From: Thermohalobaculum sp.
GTDB taxonomy: Bacteria > Pseudomonadota > Alphaproteobacteria > Rhodobacterales > Rhodobacteraceae
Length of the DNA: 44,206 nt
Direction: 5' to 3'
Assembly (NCBI GenBank): GCA_035512995.1
Contig: DATKCY010000189.1
Span: forward strand, 1 to 44,206
A model generated the notes under the pieces. That model saw only the letters and a program-made list of their open reading frames with translations. It was not told the DNA's origin and ran no database searches. The position numbers and the translations under genes were made by a program. Position 1 is the stretch's first letter, and every line of letters starts with the position of its first letter. Shown one piece after another: positions 42,288 to 44,206 of this stretch.

Positions 42288-43478
42288 ATGGACACCAACC
42301 CTCACGCCGATCTCCGCTTCGCGCCGGAGGAGTTCCGGGCCCGGCTCGACAAGACCAAGCGCGCGATGGAGAAAGCCGGGGTCGACCTCCTGATCGTCTC
42401 CGATCCCTCGAACATGAACTGGCTGACCGGCTACGACGGCTGGTCGTTCTACGTGCACCAGGCCGTCGTCGTGCCGATCGACGACGACCCGCTCTGGTGG
42501 GGGCGCGGCCAGGACGCGGCCGGCGCGCGGCGGACCGTCTGGATGCCCGAGGCCGGGATCCTCGGCTACCCCGACCACTACGTGCAGTCGACCGAGCGCC
42601 ACCCAATGGACCACCTGTCCGGCACCCTCCGCGACCGCGGCTGGGGGAACCGGCGCACCGGCGTCGAGATGGACAACTACTACTTCTCGGCCGCGGCCTA
42701 CGGGGCGCTGCAGAAGGGGCTGCCCGACGCGCGCTTCTCCGACGCCGCCGGCCTCGTCAACTGGCAGCGGGCCGTGAAGTCCGAGGCCGAGCTCGCCTAC
42801 ATGCGGACCGCGGCGCGGATCGTCGAGGCGATGCACGCGCGCATCTGGGACGTGATCGAGCCCGGCATGCGCAAGTGCGATCTGGTCGCCGAGATCTACG
42901 ACGCGGCGCTCCGCGGCGCCGACGGCCACGGCGGCGACTATCCGGCGATCGTGCCGCTGCTGCCGTCCGGCGCCGACGCCGCGGCGCCGCACCTGACCTG
43001 GGACGACAAGCCGATGAAGTCGGGCGAGGCGACCTTCTTCGAGATTGCCGGCTGCTACCATCGCTACCACTGTCCGCTCAGCCGCACCGTGTTCCTCGGC
43101 AAGCCGACCGAGACCTTCGTCGAGGCCGAGAAGGCCGTGCTCGAGGGCATGGAGGCCGGGCTCGAGAACGCGCGTGCCGGCAACACCTGCGAGGACATCG
43201 CCCGCGCCTTCTTCGGCGTGCTGGCGAAGCACGGCATCCAGAAGGACAACCGCACCGGATATCCGATCGGCGTCTCCTACCCGCCCGACTGGGGCGAGCG
43301 CACGATGAGCCTGCGCATGGGCGACACGTCGGTCCTCCGGGAGAACATGACCTTCCACTTCATGACCGGCCTCTGGATGGAGGACTGGGGCTACGAGACC
43401 ACCGAAAGCATCGTGATCGGGCCGAACGGCGCCACCTGCCTCGCCGACGTTCCCCGCAAGCTCTTCGTGAAGGAGTAG
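42288..43478 (+). CDS. eutD: Ectoine hydrolase (EutD/DoeA)
   Basis: WLTGYDGWSFYVHQ, YVQSTERHPM, GGDYPAIVPL, APHLTW, YPPDWGERTMS. Confidence 0.95.
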   Translation: MDTNPHADLRFAPEEFRARLDKTKRAMEKAGVDLLIVSDPSNMNWLTGYDGWSFYVHQAVVVPIDDDPLWWGRGQDAAGARRTVWMPEAGILGYPDHYVQSTERHPMDHLSGTLRDRGWGNRRTGVEMDNYYFSAAAYGALQKGLPDARFSDAAGLVNWQRAVKSEAELAYMRTAARIVEAMHARIWDVIEPGMRKCDLVAEIYDAALRGADGHGGDYPAIVPLLPSGADAAAPHLTWDDKPMKSGEATFFEIAGCYHRYHCPLSRTVFLGKPTETFVEAEKAVLEGMEAGLENARAGNTCEDIARAFFGVLAKHGIQKDNRTGYPIGVSYPPDWGERTMSLRMGDTSVLRENMTFHFMTGLWMEDWGYETTESIVIGPNGATCLADVPRKLFVKE

Positions 43479-43525
43479 CCGAACGGATTGCACCCGGCCT
43501 CCCGGCTGGCTATTCCGAAGCTGCC

Positions 43526-43601
43526 GGCCCCGTAGCTCAATGGATAGAGCAGCGGCCTTCTAAGCCGTAGGTTGCAGGTTCGAGTCCTGCCGGGGTCGCC
43601 A
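43526..43601 (+). tRNA. tRNA-Arg(TCT)
   Basis: Acceptor GGCCCCG/CGGGGTC, D-arm GCTC/GAGC, anticodon arm GCGGC-CTTCTAA-GCCGT, GGTTCGAGTCC, CCA; 76 nt. Confidence 0.96.
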
Positions 43602-43697
43602 GGTTTTCGTTGACCGCAGCGGTATTTCTCCCAGGATGGTAATGGGCGAAGTAAACTGGGCGGAAACGCAAGCCGCAGTCGCTGAAGGGCGCTGATC

Positions 43698-43937
43698 ATG
43701 ATGTTCAAGACCTTCCTGCAGGACGAGACCGGCGCGATCACGACCGACTGGGTCACGCTCACCTCCGCCCTGATCATCTTCGCCATCATCGTGATTTTCG
43801 CGCTGTTCTCGGATGGCATTACGCCGCTGACGGGTTCGATAAACGCGCAGATCGAAACGGGGAGCCAGGAGTTCTGCGCGCCGATCGCCTCGACCGTCAC
43901 CGGTGGCACCACGGAATGCTACGAGATCTCGAATTGA
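43698..43937 (+). CDS. Flp/Tad-type pilin-like protein
   Basis: FLQDETG|AITTDWVTL prepilin cleavage motif followed by a hydrophobic helix; 79 aa. Confidence 0.8.
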   Translation: MMFKTFLQDETGAITTDWVTLTSALIIFAIIVIFALFSDGITPLTGSINAQIETGSQEFCAPIASTVTGGTTECYEISN

Positions 43938-44132
43938 GCGCGGCGCGGGGTTCCGCACAGGAGCGTTGGCCAGGGTCGTGCTGGTATTGCGTTCGAGGAA
44001 TGGCCCGATACGCGGGCGCTCCACCCGAGGCTACCGGCCGCTCCTGAGCGAAGGAGCAGCAGCGGCGCATTCCGGAGCCCGGAGGTGCGATGTTGCGGCC
44101 GCGCCTTGGCGCTCCGGAAGCGGCCGCCGGAC

Positions 44133-44206
44133 CTACACCAGCGCGATCACGCGTGCCGCTCCGCCGGAGCCGCCCCGGTGCTTTGGCGCGCCCACGACCA
44201 TCGTCG
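44133..44206 (-). CDS. 3' end of a cyclase (kynurenine formamidase-like) family protein, partial
   Basis: Hand translation ..TMVVGAPKHRGGSGGAARVIALV*, which resembles the family C-terminal GxxGxPxR motif. Confidence 0.65.
   Translation of the reverse strand, partial: TMVVGAPKHRGGSGGAARVIALV

Noticed and set aside
43639-43656. Possible CtrA box upstream of the pilin
   Set aside because: GTAA-N8-GTAA does not fit TTAA-N7-TTAA.
43526-44206. Integrative element at tRNA-Arg (or at tRNA-Leu)
   Set aside because: No integrase and no duplicated tRNA 3' end seen in the window.

Overview
Very GC-rich chromosomal segment from an alphaproteobacterium; gene order and the D/W-type Flp pilin suggest Rhodobacterales (inference). 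It is mostly core genome: folK-rpoZ-rel-DUF2062-pdxJ-acpS, NYN-udg, pckA, rpiA, sdaA, mtaP, mucR-miaB-phoH-ybeY-corC-lnt-HTH-metK-trmB, aroA-GFA-cmk-rpsA-sppA-ihfB-lapA-trpF and trxB. It also has an ectoine/hydroxyectoine catabolic block (eutB-eutC-eutD), two rare-codon tRNAs (Leu-TAA, Arg-TCT) and a Flp pilin. I saw no integrase, transposase, prophage or CRISPR array, and I cannot point to a clearly new multi-gene system. The best leads are: (1) an unannotated structured-RNA candidate between trmB and aroA; (2) an orphan, degenerate PhyR-like regulator and a second EutD-like hydrolase directly upstream of eutBCD; (3) FolK fused to an extra uncharacterised domain; (4) three decayed genes, two of which join the N- and C-termini after a large internal deletion; (5) a probable CTG start for lnt; (6) promoter motifs hidden inside coding sequences. 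All family assignments come from reading motifs by eye; no searches were run.
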